Shown: positions 13,481-26,045, counted from the stretch's first letter. The stretch is DNA of 64,000 nt from Flaccisagitta enflata (GCA_965153355.1 OZ231126.1:1116001-1180000), one strand, 5' to 3'. Notes: generated from the letters alone by a model not told the origin. Numbers and translations: made by a program.

Positions 13481-14857
13481 TATCATCCTTATTTGGGTAT
13501 TTGGTAAGTCATTTGATGTTTCACAGTCCAATGCATTATCATCATTTGGGTAGTTGGTAAGTCATTAGATGGTTTATAGCCAATATATCAACATCATTAG
13601 AGTTGTATACAAATGTATCCAACCGTCATCCAAATCCCCTAGAAATCACCATTCCCGCAATTTCGGAAATTCACAAATGAGAGGAAAGTTATACCCGATT
13701 TGCGCCCCCCCACCACGTAAATCCATCTAGAAGCCACCTTACCCACTCATACACACTTATCACAGCGCGGATTTGCTACTGTGTCCCATTATTCATCCAT
13801 CGGACCATCTGTCCCACCGTTGGACCACTTGTGTATCGGTCCGACTGATTGTTCATCTGTTGGTCCATCCGGCAATGCTGAAGTTTGTAATTTTGAAACC
13901 CTTGCTGCCAGCCCATCATGAACTGGGAACAGCCGTGCATACTAGAAGTTGTATGCCGCCGCGTTTTTGTTTTTCGATTTTGTTATAATAACAATTTCTT
14001 ATGCTGAATTATAAAGAAAATATAAGCTTAAATATTGAAGAAAGAAAAAAAATCGAAGGAAGGAGTTGTTGTTTGGTTGTCCCTTTCATTAGAAATCATT
14101 TTTGGCTTTCTGCTTAAATCTTAGAAAAAAAAATGCAAAGATTTACCAGTTTTAAAATCAATGAAAGATGCGGGGTAACACCTCTTTTTTAAGATGTCCC
14201 TGTGGCTCTCTTTTTTACACATGCATCCAGTCTTGTCACAAAAAGTTTTAACCACTGCTAGAAAAGACCTCAGCGTTTACTATCCGTTTGGGTGTGTCAA
14301 TATGCAAAACATTAATCCCTGAGAGTATAAGGCTTGGGCATCATGGGGTTACTCATTTAAATGCTTTCACGGTTTTTCTTTATTCTGTCATCTTCCGTTT
14401 TTCCCCAAAAGCCCTGTTTTGCCCCTAATTTGCATAATGTTGTAATCATGTTATCAACTTTTCATTCTTTGCCTTGTATACTGGGGTATTCCAATTATTT
14501 TCAAATGCTGAGCTACCCTCTTTAAAGCTTCACAGAAGTGTCTGGGTTAATCATATCAAATTCAATGAAATAGTAAAATAGTCTTATTTGGTTAATAAAT
14601 TTGTTTCTTGGCAAACGAGAGTGCAGACATTGCATTATATTTCGATCGCGATTAAAATGGTAGCCGATGGAAATTTGGAAAAAGGAAAATGGCAATCGCT
14701 TAAAAATAAACAGACGCATCTTGGTCTCAAACTCAGTCATCACCTGTATTTGACACACCTGAACTTGTCGTTTTGTCTCGCCTCGGGATTACAACTACAA
14801 GCACAAGCAGCTTTAAAAATAAAGCGAATATTGTGATGAAAGAAATTGGGCCTAGGA

Positions 14858-17167
14858 CACTGCTGTCTCACACAAGGTTTGAGACAAGAATGATATAACT
14901 ATGCAGTTTTTTGCATTTTTGCATTGTTAATGAGCATACAAACCAAGAACCATCAAGTAGAAAATCTTTCCTGAGGCGCCTTTTTAAATAAATGAAAAAT
15001 TCAATATTTTTAGCTTCATTTTTTGTAAAAAATCTTTCAGGTCAGTTTAACCTTTTTTTTGACAGTATAATGTTAATCCTGATAAATTTCTGATTCATTT
15101 GATAGGTCGCACTATATGGTTTTCATAAGAAAAATAGAATGTGAAAAATTTATTTCTTATGAAATCCGTATAGTGCACTGTTGATCCTGGGAACCATCAG
15201 GACGTTTTTCATATTACTCCAAGTTTCTCTTCAGTTTGGTTTAGACCACACGGGCATGAATCAGGGTCTTATCAATGAAAAATATTTCATCTGGCTCTTT
15301 TTGAGAAAAATCGCTTTTTTGTAAAAATGTGTTGCATACGCGATATGATGTTGCGTATGCAACATTCAGAAGTTGCATGTGCAACATTGTGTTGCATATG
15401 CGACATCATGTTGCATATGCGACACCCCTATGTCGCATGCGCAACAACGTGTTGCATATGCGACATAAATGTTGCAAATACTCACGTACATGTACATGCC
15501 AATACATGTAAGAGGCAAAAAATGGTGTGACTAACCAACAGACCAACCAACAGACTGACCAACCAACAGACCAACCAACCAAACGACAAAGCCGGGTGTA
15601 GAATCCCATAGCACACAACTGAAAAAAAGAATGAAAGCCTCTAATACAATTTTGTATTGACTTTCAGGTGATGATCCAGTAGAACACAGAGTAGTATTAA
15701 GCTTAACATTTTTCCGCCCCCCCCCCCATGACTCCCTAAGAATTTAAATCGAGACTCAGCGCTTAAATGAGACAATCTCAGGACTCTTGATTTGCTCTCT
15801 CAGGGCCCAAATCAGCCCTCTCAGACTGCAAATCAGTCTAATAGAACCTCAAAACTGACTCTAAATAAACTATTCTCCCTTATTGATTGCTTTCCAATTA
15901 CTTGAAATCAATTGTTTGATTCTCTCTCTCTTTCTGTCTTTCTGTCTTTCTATCTCCCTCTCTCTCCGTCTCTGTCTCCCTCCTCTCTCTCTCTCTCTTA
16001 CACATGTCGCGTGCGCAACACGCTGTTGCATATGCGACAATCGCGTGTCGCATACGCAACATCGTGTTGCACACGCAACATGATGTTGCATATGCGACAT
16101 ATGTGTGTTGCATACGCGACATTTTCCCAAAAATGATTTTTCTCTGAAAGAGCCAGATAGAATATTTTTTGATAATAAGATTTTGATTTAGGCACGTGTT
16201 GACCGTAGCAAACTGAAGAAAAACTTGGAGTAATATGAAAAATGTCCTGGTGGTTCCCAGGATCCGCAGTGAGTGTGACCTATCAAATGAATCAGAATTT
16301 TATCAGGATTAACAATATGCTCTCAAAAAATAGGTTAAACCAACCTGAAGAAATTTTTATGAAAAATAAAGCAAAAAATAATGAATTTTTCAGTTATTTT
16401 AAAAAGCGCCTCTGGAAAGATTTTCTACTTGATGGTTCTTGGTTTGTATGCCCATGACCTATGTAAAAATGCAAAAAACCGCTTAGTTATGAAAGTTGGA
16501 CAACATTACTACTCAACCCTACTTTAATAAAGGATGAGAGCCTTTGGAGCTCTCACTGGTGTTTAATCCGGACCCATCACAACTATCCTTTAAATTTCTA
16601 AAGAAATATTCCCTCTTCAGAAATTATCACAAGATTGGTCAAAAGTTATGCCTCATTTAAAAAAAGTCACCAATTTCTGTCTATACATGAGATATGCAGA
16701 CCACAAGAAAACACTTGATAAATATGGCGCGTCGAAGGATACCATATCCATCTGGGCACCTTCTCATACTCCTCATATACCAAAAATAGCAAGAAACTGA
16801 AACTCTCTTCTTCCTGAAACAACCCTTTCAAAAAATCTTATGTCAACCCAAAAATCTGAAATCAAAATTTTTTGTAATATTTCATCCCAATTGTTACAAA
16901 CAAATTACCAAATGATGATGTAGCTATCCAAGGATAATCTAGATATCAAAGGCAATGTTGTTAAAAACCATACCATTGAAGGCAAGAATCGAGAATCAAC
17001 CATATGGGATCGCCGGCATTCTATACCATGGTACTGAAATACCATGGTACTGAAATATATGAAAGTTGGACAACATTACTACTCAACCCTACTTTAATAA
17101 AGGATGAGAGCCTTTGGAGCTCTCACTGGTGTCATTCTTGTCTCAAACTTTGTGTGAAACAGCAGTG
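14858..17167. mobile_element. Non-autonomous CAC..GTG element with 4-bp TSD (Chapaev/CMC-like)
   Basis: TIR CACTGCTGT(C/T)TCACACAA(G/A)GTTTGAGACAAGAATGA; TSD AGGA on both sides; long inverted arms; internal TGTTGCATATGCGACA repeats. Confidence 0.8.
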
Positions 17168-17483
17168 AGGACCTTCAGCAACTTGATGGGCAAAGATGGA
17201 CTAATGTAATCCGGGCCGAAATGTGAGATAGATGATGTTTCATTCGACTCCAAGATATACTGTCATGGACTCATGCAACATGTTCTATCATACAACATGT
17301 ACTATCAAGACTGCGTATTACACTGAATCTAACCAAAAAAACGGAATAGAAATAGGAATTTCATGAAACACGGCTTTATTAGTATTGTATAATCAGTGAC
17401 TTCGAAAAATAGCAGAATCGTATCCAATATGGCAGAAAAACATAAACATTGTAAAGAGCACCCGCAATCAATTCACTTTAACG

Positions 17484-17620
<137 letters not shown>

Positions 17621-18140
17621 GCAAAGTGTTATGTCATGAAAGAGTTCAATACGCCTTCAACAGTGCGATAGCGACAATAGCCAGTAATCTAAATCAATTT
17701 ACGGTAACCCGTCGCCGTAGTCGTGTGAGATACCCACACATTTCTAGTTGCGGACACGCAACTCTATAAGAGGCTTTGCCCGTCTGTCCGTCCGTCCGTC
17801 GGTTCGTCCATGAACAAGCGTTTTAGTTTTTTGTGTCTCTTTGTGTGTGGGGGAGGGGGGGGTGTGAACGGGGGTTGTACGCCCCTGCCCACCCGTTCGC
17901 AACGATACTGTGACCCTGCGTCACTTGTCTTCTTTCGATTTGATACAAATAGAAATTCTTGGGTGATGAGTGCTGCCCAAAAGTATATTTAGACTGTTGA
18001 TATTTGATGGAGCGAAACAAGCTTTGTACTATTAAGTTAGTTGTGGCACAACCAAAAATTGATAAACGAGTGAAAAAAAAGTACCTCGAAACGACAAAAT
18101 CGAGCGCAACAAAACAGCGGCCGAACGTCTCCTTCATTTT

Positions 18141-18534
18141 CTACGCTATTGCCGGGTAGTCGGCTACTGACGGGTGCTCGGAAATATGGTCAGAATGAAT
18201 CGACGAACTATCTTCACGCTCATTGGTTGAATCAGAATCGGAGCGGCTTGGAGACGGACTCCTCTGATTGGTCAAATCGGAATCGGTCAAGCTTGACGTC
18301 GAAATGCTCTGATTGGTGGAGATATTGTTTCTCTCGAGCTGTTTGTCGAAACTCTTTGGGACGAAAGCGATGAAAATGAGAGAAACGACGACGGCGAGAG
18401 CCAGAGTGAGGAAGATGAGGTGGTAATTGAGCGGAAATGAGCGAGTCTGCTCGCAAGTCCAGCTCAAGACGTAGCCGCAGATGATCGGAGACAAAATGCG
18501 CGATAGAAATGAGCAGCTCGCCGAAACGCTGTGC
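18141..18534 (-). CDS. MFS transporter last exon (…SFLSRILSPIICGYVLSW…TM12, Ser-rich tail); 5' boundary uncertain
   Basis: RxLxPxxxGxxxSW TM11 motif and stop at 18141. The best-looking acceptor (exon start 18534) is out of phase; in-phase alternatives start at 18586 or 18658. Confidence 0.75.
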
Positions 18535-18693
18535 CTGAGAAAGAAATTTGAAGTGAGCGAGATAAAGAGCGTAGGAAATGAGGATGCTATAAGCAAGTTG
18601 GCACATTCGCCAAACAAAGCGTCAGCCAGTACAGACAAAACAAAACGAATCAGGTAGTCTGCTCAGTCAACAACATCATCAAAACAGTAGCAA

Positions 18694-18773
<80 letters not shown>

Positions 18774-18870
18774 TTAATCAAACCACAACAAAAATCACAA
18801 CAACTACAACAGCAACAACAACAACACCTAAACAACAACAACAATAACAACAACAACAAAAAAAACAACG

Positions 18871-18950
<80 letters not shown>

Positions 18951-18954
18951 ATAC

Positions 18955-19042
18955 CTAAGTTTCTTTTCAGACACGAGTTATTAGTCAGGATCGCGAGAGA
19001 CATAAACCCAAGTCCGGCCGCAATTCGATTCAAACCCCAAAC
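18955..19042 (-). CDS. MFS transporter exon 8 (VWGLNRIAAGLGFMSLAILTNNSCLKRNLG)
   Basis: ctggcag acceptor, G|gtat donor; ILxNN…xLG motif preceding TM11 in ZIFL1-like proteins. Confidence 0.75.
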
Positions 19043-19321
19043 CTGCCAGTATGAGAAGATAAAAAACTATAGTTACACCTGCTATACCAAATCCCAGAGT
19101 AATGGAAATCCGCCATGGTCCCTTCATGTCGTTTATCATGATTTCTATCATGGGCAATAATGGAAATCCACCCAAAAGAGATCAAATTTATAGGTCCCTT
19201 GACAACCGTAAATGCGGGGTTGACCTGCATTACTATTGTTTATTCGTATTTCATTGATTAACGCAACATCAAAGAATTTGGTGAATGGACCAATCGGCAA
19301 TTAGACTCTCTTATATCCTAC

Positions 19322-19454
19322 CGGGAACAAATATCCTAAAGACAATCCAGTTGTAGATGGAGAATCGAGTCTAACCAAATGCGAGAGCGGGATCAGACAT
19401 AAAGTGATCGCGGCACCAAATGACCCGAATATAAACGCATTCTTAGCTCCAAAT
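19322..19454 (-). CDS. MFS transporter exon 7 (RFGAKNAFIFG…GYLFP)
   Basis: ctgaacag acceptor completes AG|A (Arg), giving the motif-A-like RFG; CCG|gtagg donor. Confidence 0.75.
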
Positions 19455-19835
19455 CTGTTCAGAAGAAACAAAGAATAAATGAGAGCGGGATGAGCGGAGT
19501 GAGCGAGACGAAGCACAAAGTGACCACAGCCCCGAATGATGAAGGCTCTCTTTACGCCGAATCTGTTCAAAGGGAACAAAGAATGAAATGATCAAAGGAA
19601 ATAGAGAAAGAGGGAACAGACTCAATGGGACTAGACTGCACCAGCTGATCGAAAGGCGAAGGCAGATCTGTTCATAGGAAACCAATCAATGAATCAGTTT
19701 TCGGTGGTTCTCTTTCTTTTGCACCGTCTCCATCTCTATCTCTTTTCGGACGATGAGTCTGTCTGTTTTCCTACATGTCTGTCTATCAAACTGTCCGTCG
19801 CGTCTGCTTGTCTGTATGTCTGGCTCTTTTTTTGA

Positions 19836-19954
<119 letters not shown>

Positions 19955-19967
19955 TTCATTTAGTCAC

Positions 19968-20305
<338 letters not shown>

Positions 20306-20503
20306 ATTTGATTTGATTTGATTGTAATGCTCATCATGTGATTTACACAGTAACAAATTAATGTTTGAGCCGTACACGATGTACGATGTATAAATACAAT
20401 AACAATGTAAATAGCTCAGGCAATCTTCATACTTATCATCATCCATCACAACATTTATCAAGACTAAAAATAGTTTAAAGAATATAGTCAGGAAACCGGT
20501 TTG

Positions 20504-20585
<82 letters not shown>

Positions 20586-20590
20586 AGCAA

Positions 20591-23500
20591 TCAATTAAGA
20601 TTCATCGACCCATGCCCAGTTTTTGTATTCCATAGATTTTCTATAAGGGGTATCAAGCCTTTAACGATTTGTTCATCCTCTGAGTGTATATGGCTAAAGT
20701 CAACGTTTGTACAATTTAAGCTTAAGTCTGTCTTTTCAAGTAGGTTATGATCTTTCCATTTAGTACATGTTTTAAGGCGATGGTTTTCATCGTCATAGCA
20801 CTGACAGAGGTCACAATTTTTCCCGATAGTACCTCCGTAGTTTCTACCACATGCTAACATGCCAAAACGAGCTATGATAAGTGTCCTGGTCTGTTGTTTC
20901 GTCATGGTTTTTATGATTGGTTGGGGTCCTCTTTTGTAGTCGGGATCTTCGAGTTTGGGAATTATAGAGGCAGTTTTGGTTTTTGGAACACTGTTTCCAT
21001 TTTCTGTCTTGAAACATTCCTCATAGAGTCTCGCTTTATTTCTCTCTTCTATTTTGCTTAGCACCATGTATTTCCATTCGCCGGGTGCCTTCTTCTCAAT
21101 ATCCGTGATATCATTGGGTAGCTTGTACATGTCTAGAAGAGACATAATGTTTTTTGCCCAACCAATATTGAGGCTGTGTAACCTTTTAAAGGTCTTTTTC
21201 TTGAAATCGTTGTCACTGAAGGTCAGTAGTTTGTGTAAGTGTAAGAGTAGAATTTTGTGTAGGCGTTGCTTTGTGTATAGTAGGCCAAAAATAAAGAAAA
21301 TTGCCACCGTTGGCGTTTGGAGGGGAAGATTGAAAAGATCTTTGATTGTACGAGTTTCTATTTTTTCCAGCTCTTCCTCTTCCGCCTTACTGAGGAACCA
21401 TGCCTCCGCATTGTTAAAAAGACTGCTTATGTTTTTACTTTCATGCATCATAAGTAGGACTGATGTTTCAATGTTACTAAGGACTTCACTTGAGGCAATT
21501 GTGTTTATGGTGATAGTTATTCCTCTCAAGGTGTTTCTTTTTGCTGCTAAATTTTCAAGATTTTTTCCATCGCTTGTGATAATGTCCCCAAGGTACTTGT
21601 ATTTATTTGTCTCCTCAATAGCCATATTCCCAACTTTCCACTCTTTCTTTTCCCCTTTATGTTTACCTATTCTCATAACTTTGCATTTTTCTTGTCCCCA
21701 TTTAATTTTATGTTTGACAGCAAATTGGTGTATTCTTTCGAGTATTTTTTTTTGATTTTCTTCCCCTTCAGCACAAGAGAGGACGTCGTCTACCCAAAGT
21801 AGGACTGCAAGTAGGAATTCTGGGGAAATTTGGAAGCCTTCGTCCGTTTCTTGTAATTCCTCAGCTAGGAGGTCCATCATTTTGGAGAACATCCTTCCTG
21901 TTAGTCGGGATCCCTGTTTCCCTCCTATTTCCATATCAAACTCTCTGGTATTGCCAAATTTGGTTTTTATTTCGGCAGATAGGTCAGTATTGAGCTTTTG
22001 TAGGATACGCCATGTTTTGCCTCGTAAGCCTTTATCCCACATAGTAACCAGTAGATCATTATTGTCTACATTGTCGTAAGCCTTACTGACGTCAAAGAAA
22101 GTTAGAAATGTAGGTCGTTTTTGCGCGATGCTGATACTCATGATTGCTCTCAAAATAAAAAGATGGTCACTGCAGGATGCACCTTTTCTTCCCCCTCCTT
22201 GGGCTTGGGTAAATTCAACAGTTCTCTCTATGCGTGAATCGATTACAGAATCCATGATTGTTCCTATGGATGAGGATGTCGTTATTCCTCTATGATTAGG
22301 TAACTGTTCTCGGTCACCTTTTCCCTTCCAAAGGGACGTTATGAGGCCTTTGTTCCAGATTTTAGCGATTTCTTCATCAATATAACTTGTTCTTATTAGT
22401 GGATAAATGAAGTCGACCATCGCATCACCCGGTCGTTTTAGCATCTCATTTTTTATATCTGGTGTCGATTTACCATTTTTCTTTTCATTTATTATGTTCT
22501 TTATTTCTAATTTTGTTGGGCAATTATTGTACTCTAAATCGTCATACTCTTTATTTATAGTGTATGCTTGTATTTTTTCTTTGATCTCATCGTGGTAAGG
22601 ATGATATTCAAATTCTTTTTTCTTAAACAAAGCCTCATAGTATCCAGCCATTTCATCTTTATATTCATCAGGTTGATGTAGTCTCTCCCCGGCACTGTTT
22701 TTTATTGTCAGGGATTCTTGTGTGGGATCACGTGTCATTTTCTTACACTCATTCCAAAGGCTAATCTTACTCTTGTCATTTATTATTTTTTCAAATTTTC
22801 GTTCTATCACCATGGCTTTCTCTTTTACCATCTCGTCGTGTATTCTATCTTGAATGCTCTTGTATTCAGTAATGAGCGTGTCCTTATTTTGTTTGTCTCT
22901 TTCTTGTTGGATTCTTTTTTTCAGCTCTCTCTTTTCCCTATGCATTTCCTTGATTTCTTTTGTAGTCATATCTTTTTTTCCGTTCTTGAGTGTAGTTTTC
23001 CCGATTGTTTTTCTTGCACTCTCATTTATTTCATTAAACCATTTTTTGTATTTTATTTCAAAAGGAAGGCTTTCATCTTGAAGTATTTCGGTTGCCTTTT
23101 GTTGCCTTTTCCTTAATTCCGATGCAAAGTTTTCCCATTTCTCATTTGGTGCATAAATATTCCACACAACTCTTTTTTCTGGGATAGTTTTGTGGATATT
23201 CGGAATGGTTAAATTTAAGAGGATTGTGTTATGGTCAGTATCATTTTTTCCCTTAATTTTCATCAATTCATCCTCATCTATTGTCATATGGTTGATCCAT
23301 CTTTCGGCTTGTTGGCTGGCTACAACAAAATCAATTGCTGAGATCTCCTCAGCTTTCTTTGTGTTTTTTCTTGTTATTTTTCCCGTACACTTTTCATCCA
23401 AATTCATAATCTTAAGGTCTGCATTGTCAAAAGTTCTCAGTAACGCTTTTCCGTTGCGACTTTTTTCTTCTCCAAGGATGCCTATTTTTCCGTTTCCATC

Positions 23501-23914
23501 CATGGCTAGGATAATTTCTCCTTCTTTTTTCATTTCAGCGATCTCCTCTTCTAACAGAGCCATTTCCCGGTCTATTTCGTCATTAGAGGTTCGAGCCTCT
23601 TGTCTACCATAGTATGACCCTATGATTAGCGGTGGTAGTTCTTTGCGCCTTATGCTAATCCATGTAATTTCAATATTTCTGTGTGTGTTGTGGGTCGCTA
23701 TGTATGACTTTATGTCATTTCTCACTAGAATGCCGACTCCTCCTCCTACCCTTCCTTCCCTTGTTCTCCCGTGAAAAGTGTAGTTTGGTATGATAATCCC
23801 TGTATTTGACCTTAGTTGAGTCTCGGTTAAGAGAAAAATTTGCGGGGAGATTTCATTTAAGATGGCCGTCAGACTTGTTATTTTGCCCTTAAGTCCGCGT
23901 ATATTTGTATACAT
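20591..23914 (-). CDS. LINE ORF2: AP endonuclease, reverse transcriptase and C-terminal CCHC-like finger (1107 aa)
   Basis: APE motifs YTNIRG, LTET, GGGVGIL, MDGN, IDF, TDH; RT motifs FFDVSKAYD, KQG, WVDD, YKYLG; CDLC…H…C at the C-terminus; no stops. Confidence 0.96.
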   Translation of the reverse strand: MYTNIRGLKGKITSLTAILNEISPQIFLLTETQLRSNTGIIIPNYTFHGRTREGRVGGGVGILVRNDIKSYIATHNTHRNIEITWISIRRKELPPLIIGSYYGRQEARTSNDEIDREMALLEEEIAEMKKEGEIILAMDGNGKIGILGEEKSRNGKALLRTFDNADLKIMNLDEKCTGKITRKNTKKAEEISAIDFVVASQQAERWINHMTIDEDELMKIKGKNDTDHNTILLNLTIPNIHKTIPEKRVVWNIYAPNEKWENFASELRKRQQKATEILQDESLPFEIKYKKWFNEINESARKTIGKTTLKNGKKDMTTKEIKEMHREKRELKKRIQQERDKQNKDTLITEYKSIQDRIHDEMVKEKAMVIERKFEKIINDKSKISLWNECKKMTRDPTQESLTIKNSAGERLHQPDEYKDEMAGYYEALFKKKEFEYHPYHDEIKEKIQAYTINKEYDDLEYNNCPTKLEIKNIINEKKNGKSTPDIKNEMLKRPGDAMVDFIYPLIRTSYIDEEIAKIWNKGLITSLWKGKGDREQLPNHRGITTSSSIGTIMDSVIDSRIERTVEFTQAQGGGRKGASCSDHLFILRAIMSISIAQKRPTFLTFFDVSKAYDNVDNNDLLVTMWDKGLRGKTWRILQKLNTDLSAEIKTKFGNTREFDMEIGGKQGSRLTGRMFSKMMDLLAEELQETDEGFQISPEFLLAVLLWVDDVLSCAEGEENQKKILERIHQFAVKHKIKWGQEKCKVMRIGKHKGEKKEWKVGNMAIEETNKYKYLGDIITSDGKNLENLAAKRNTLRGITITINTIASSEVLSNIETSVLLMMHESKNISSLFNNAEAWFLSKAEEEELEKIETRTIKDLFNLPLQTPTVAIFFIFGLLYTKQRLHKILLLHLHKLLTFSDNDFKKKTFKRLHSLNIGWAKNIMSLLDMYKLPNDITDIEKKAPGEWKYMVLSKIEERNKARLYEECFKTENGNSVPKTKTASIIPKLEDPDYKRGPQPIIKTMTKQQTRTLIIARFGMLACGRNYGGTIGKNCDLCQCYDDENHRLKTCTKWKDHNLLEKTDLSLNCTNVDFSHIHSEDEQIVKGLIPLIENLWNTKTGHGSMNLN

Positions 23915-24070
23915 TATTTGCCATGTTTGGCCTTCCTCGGCGCCTAGCTGCTTTGGTTTGTAATGACCTTGTTTTTTAGATTGGTTTTGTATTATGTGAC
24001 AGAATGGGCTGTGATCGATACCATAATCGCGTATCAGATTTTGGTCATTATGGTCATTATGGATATATTC

Positions 24071-24291
24071 CTAGCAGGATGTGGGTAGGTGGGACATCAT
24101 TACTGTCGAATAGATAGAAGACAACTGTGTAGGCACAGTGTTTGCTTTTGAATAAATGCTCTTCTTGATTTGTTTAGCTAAGATTTTTACTCCATATTCA
24201 TTGTAATGGATGTAATCTCGCATGGTTTCGCGACGAATCCTTCCAGTGGCTCTATCCTCGAATGCTTTAGTATGAATAAAATTGGATTCTC

Positions 24292-24293
<2 letters not shown>
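24071..24293 (-). CDS. LINE ORF1 C-terminal remnant, SGNH-esterase-like (RDYIHYNEYGVKILAKQIKKSI)
   Basis: DxxH-N-xxGxxxLAxxI block V motif of SGNH hydrolases, known from ORF1 of CR1/L2/RTEX LINEs; truncated at the (CT)n tract. Confidence 0.65.
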
Positions 24294-24362
<69 letters not shown>

Positions 24363-24373
24363 AGAGAAAGAGA

Positions 24374-24411
<38 letters not shown>

Positions 24412-24717
24412 AAATGATAAGACGGATGAACGTACAGACAAACAGAAGGGCGGACCAACAGAGAGAAAGACACCCAGACAGAAGGAGTAAAGGACAAAAA
24501 GAACGACTGATTAACTTTAAAGCCACACCAATACACCATTCAATTACTATCAAAGATGGGTTCAGCGAACTTGGATTTGAGGGCATCAACCCTAAAAGAC
24601 TCAAAAAGAAATTTGAATGCCGAAGAAAACCGCTTATGTCTATGAACCCTCTCTCTCTTTTCCCCTTCTTTATTTCTTTCTTTCTTTCCTTTTGATGTTC
24701 ATTGCTCTCTGTCTCTC

Positions 24718-24767
<50 letters not shown>

Positions 24768-24822
24768 AATGGACGGACTGACAGACGGACAAATAGAGAC
24801 ACACAAACACACTGAAAAATAC

Positions 24823-25212
24823 CTAAAAGCGGCGATAAGGAAGAGCACGTAACGATTGAAGATCGCCGACGTTTTCTTCCAAAAATCTGAGCAACAATTA
24901 TCAAGTCGATGTCTCGAATCAATGGAAATTTCACTGTCGCTGATTGATTGATTGACACGGTTGTCGTTGATGCTACCAGGATTTGAAGATAGCATTTTGT
25001 TTACCGCCTCGTAGCCTCGAGGAGAAAGTCTTTTGTTGTGGGAGTTGCAGCCTCGAATCGCAACGTCCGTTTCGGACAGGCTGTTGTAGCCTCGATGGTT
25101 CATGTCGTCGCAGCCTCGATTGTTCATGTTGTTGTGGCCTCGATTTCGAGAAGTTGAGTCGTATGTCCGCCGCGATTCCGAAGTCAAGAGTGGAGTTTTG
25201 TCCGACGGTTCG
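24823..25212 (-). CDS. MFS transporter exon 5 (long central loop plus start of TM7)
   Basis: tctttcag acceptor, AG|gtatt donor, phase 2/2, open frame joining exons 4 and 6. Confidence 0.75.
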
Positions 25213-25697
25213 CTGAAAGAAAAGAGAAAAGATTGGATCTTATTAGGGATTTCAATCCGTGTCTTTTGTTTTAAAATGTTTTTTACGCGGGTAGTGTTTT
25301 AGGGTTAGGGGCAGGGTTAGGGATGGGGTGGGTTTTAGGGTTAGGGATAGGGTTGGGTTATAGATAGATTTAGGGCAAGGTGTGGATTTGGTTTTGTATG
25401 TTTTAACTTGAGTGCGCTTGAATTAAAGATTTGCCCTTGCGGAAAAAAACAAGTGCGCCGGATTGAATTCCCTAAGATTACTAAAGATGGTCTATGATTA
25501 TTTTGGGACTCTCGATTGAAGTGCCAACCTGGCTTGGGTGAAACTTGAGCCACATTTCTGTGATTTATGCATCTTGCCCTCTCGGCTGAGATTGGAACCT
25601 CAGTGGCTACCATTTAAATCTCAGAGCATGGCCCATAGTGCCCCAGTTACAACCCAAATCAATGCGCTTCGTCTAATGAAAGGATGTTTCACTATAC

Positions 25698-25992
25698 CGG
25701 GATTCGTTATAGGAGTCGATGGTTGTTGTTGTTGTTGTCACCTCTTCGTTAAATCCGTTTTTGACTCGAGTTTCTTTCAATTTGAAGAAAAAAACAAAAA
25801 TCGCGACGACGTTGAAAAAAGCGGCCACCAAATTGGGAAGCAAAAACGGATAAGATTGAAGGAAGTGGACGAGGCATTCCGGAAGATGCTTGACGACGTC
25901 CGGATACGCGCCGACGGGATCCGCCAGCAGACCACCGATGAAAGGCGCCAACATGATGCTCAAACTCCAACCGATGTTGTAAAATACCATAC
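25698..25992 (-). CDS. MFS transporter exon 4 (GMVFYNIGW…APFIGGLLADP…YPFLLPNL…LKET)
   Basis: Antiporter motif C (PxxGGxL), YPFLLP and LxET motifs; phases 1/2 agree with neighbouring exons. Confidence 0.9.
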
Positions 25993-26045
25993 CTTGGAAG
26001 AAAATGGATAGTTTTTAGTACATTAGAAAATAAAGAGAGATCATA

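Noticed and set aside
19060-19230. Possible extra MFS exon (VNPAFTVVKG…)
   Set aside because: Resembles the dispersed repeat at about 38500-38660; exons 7 and 8 join in phase without it.
21054-23612. Several + strand ORFs
   Set aside because: Antisense shadows of LINE ORF2.
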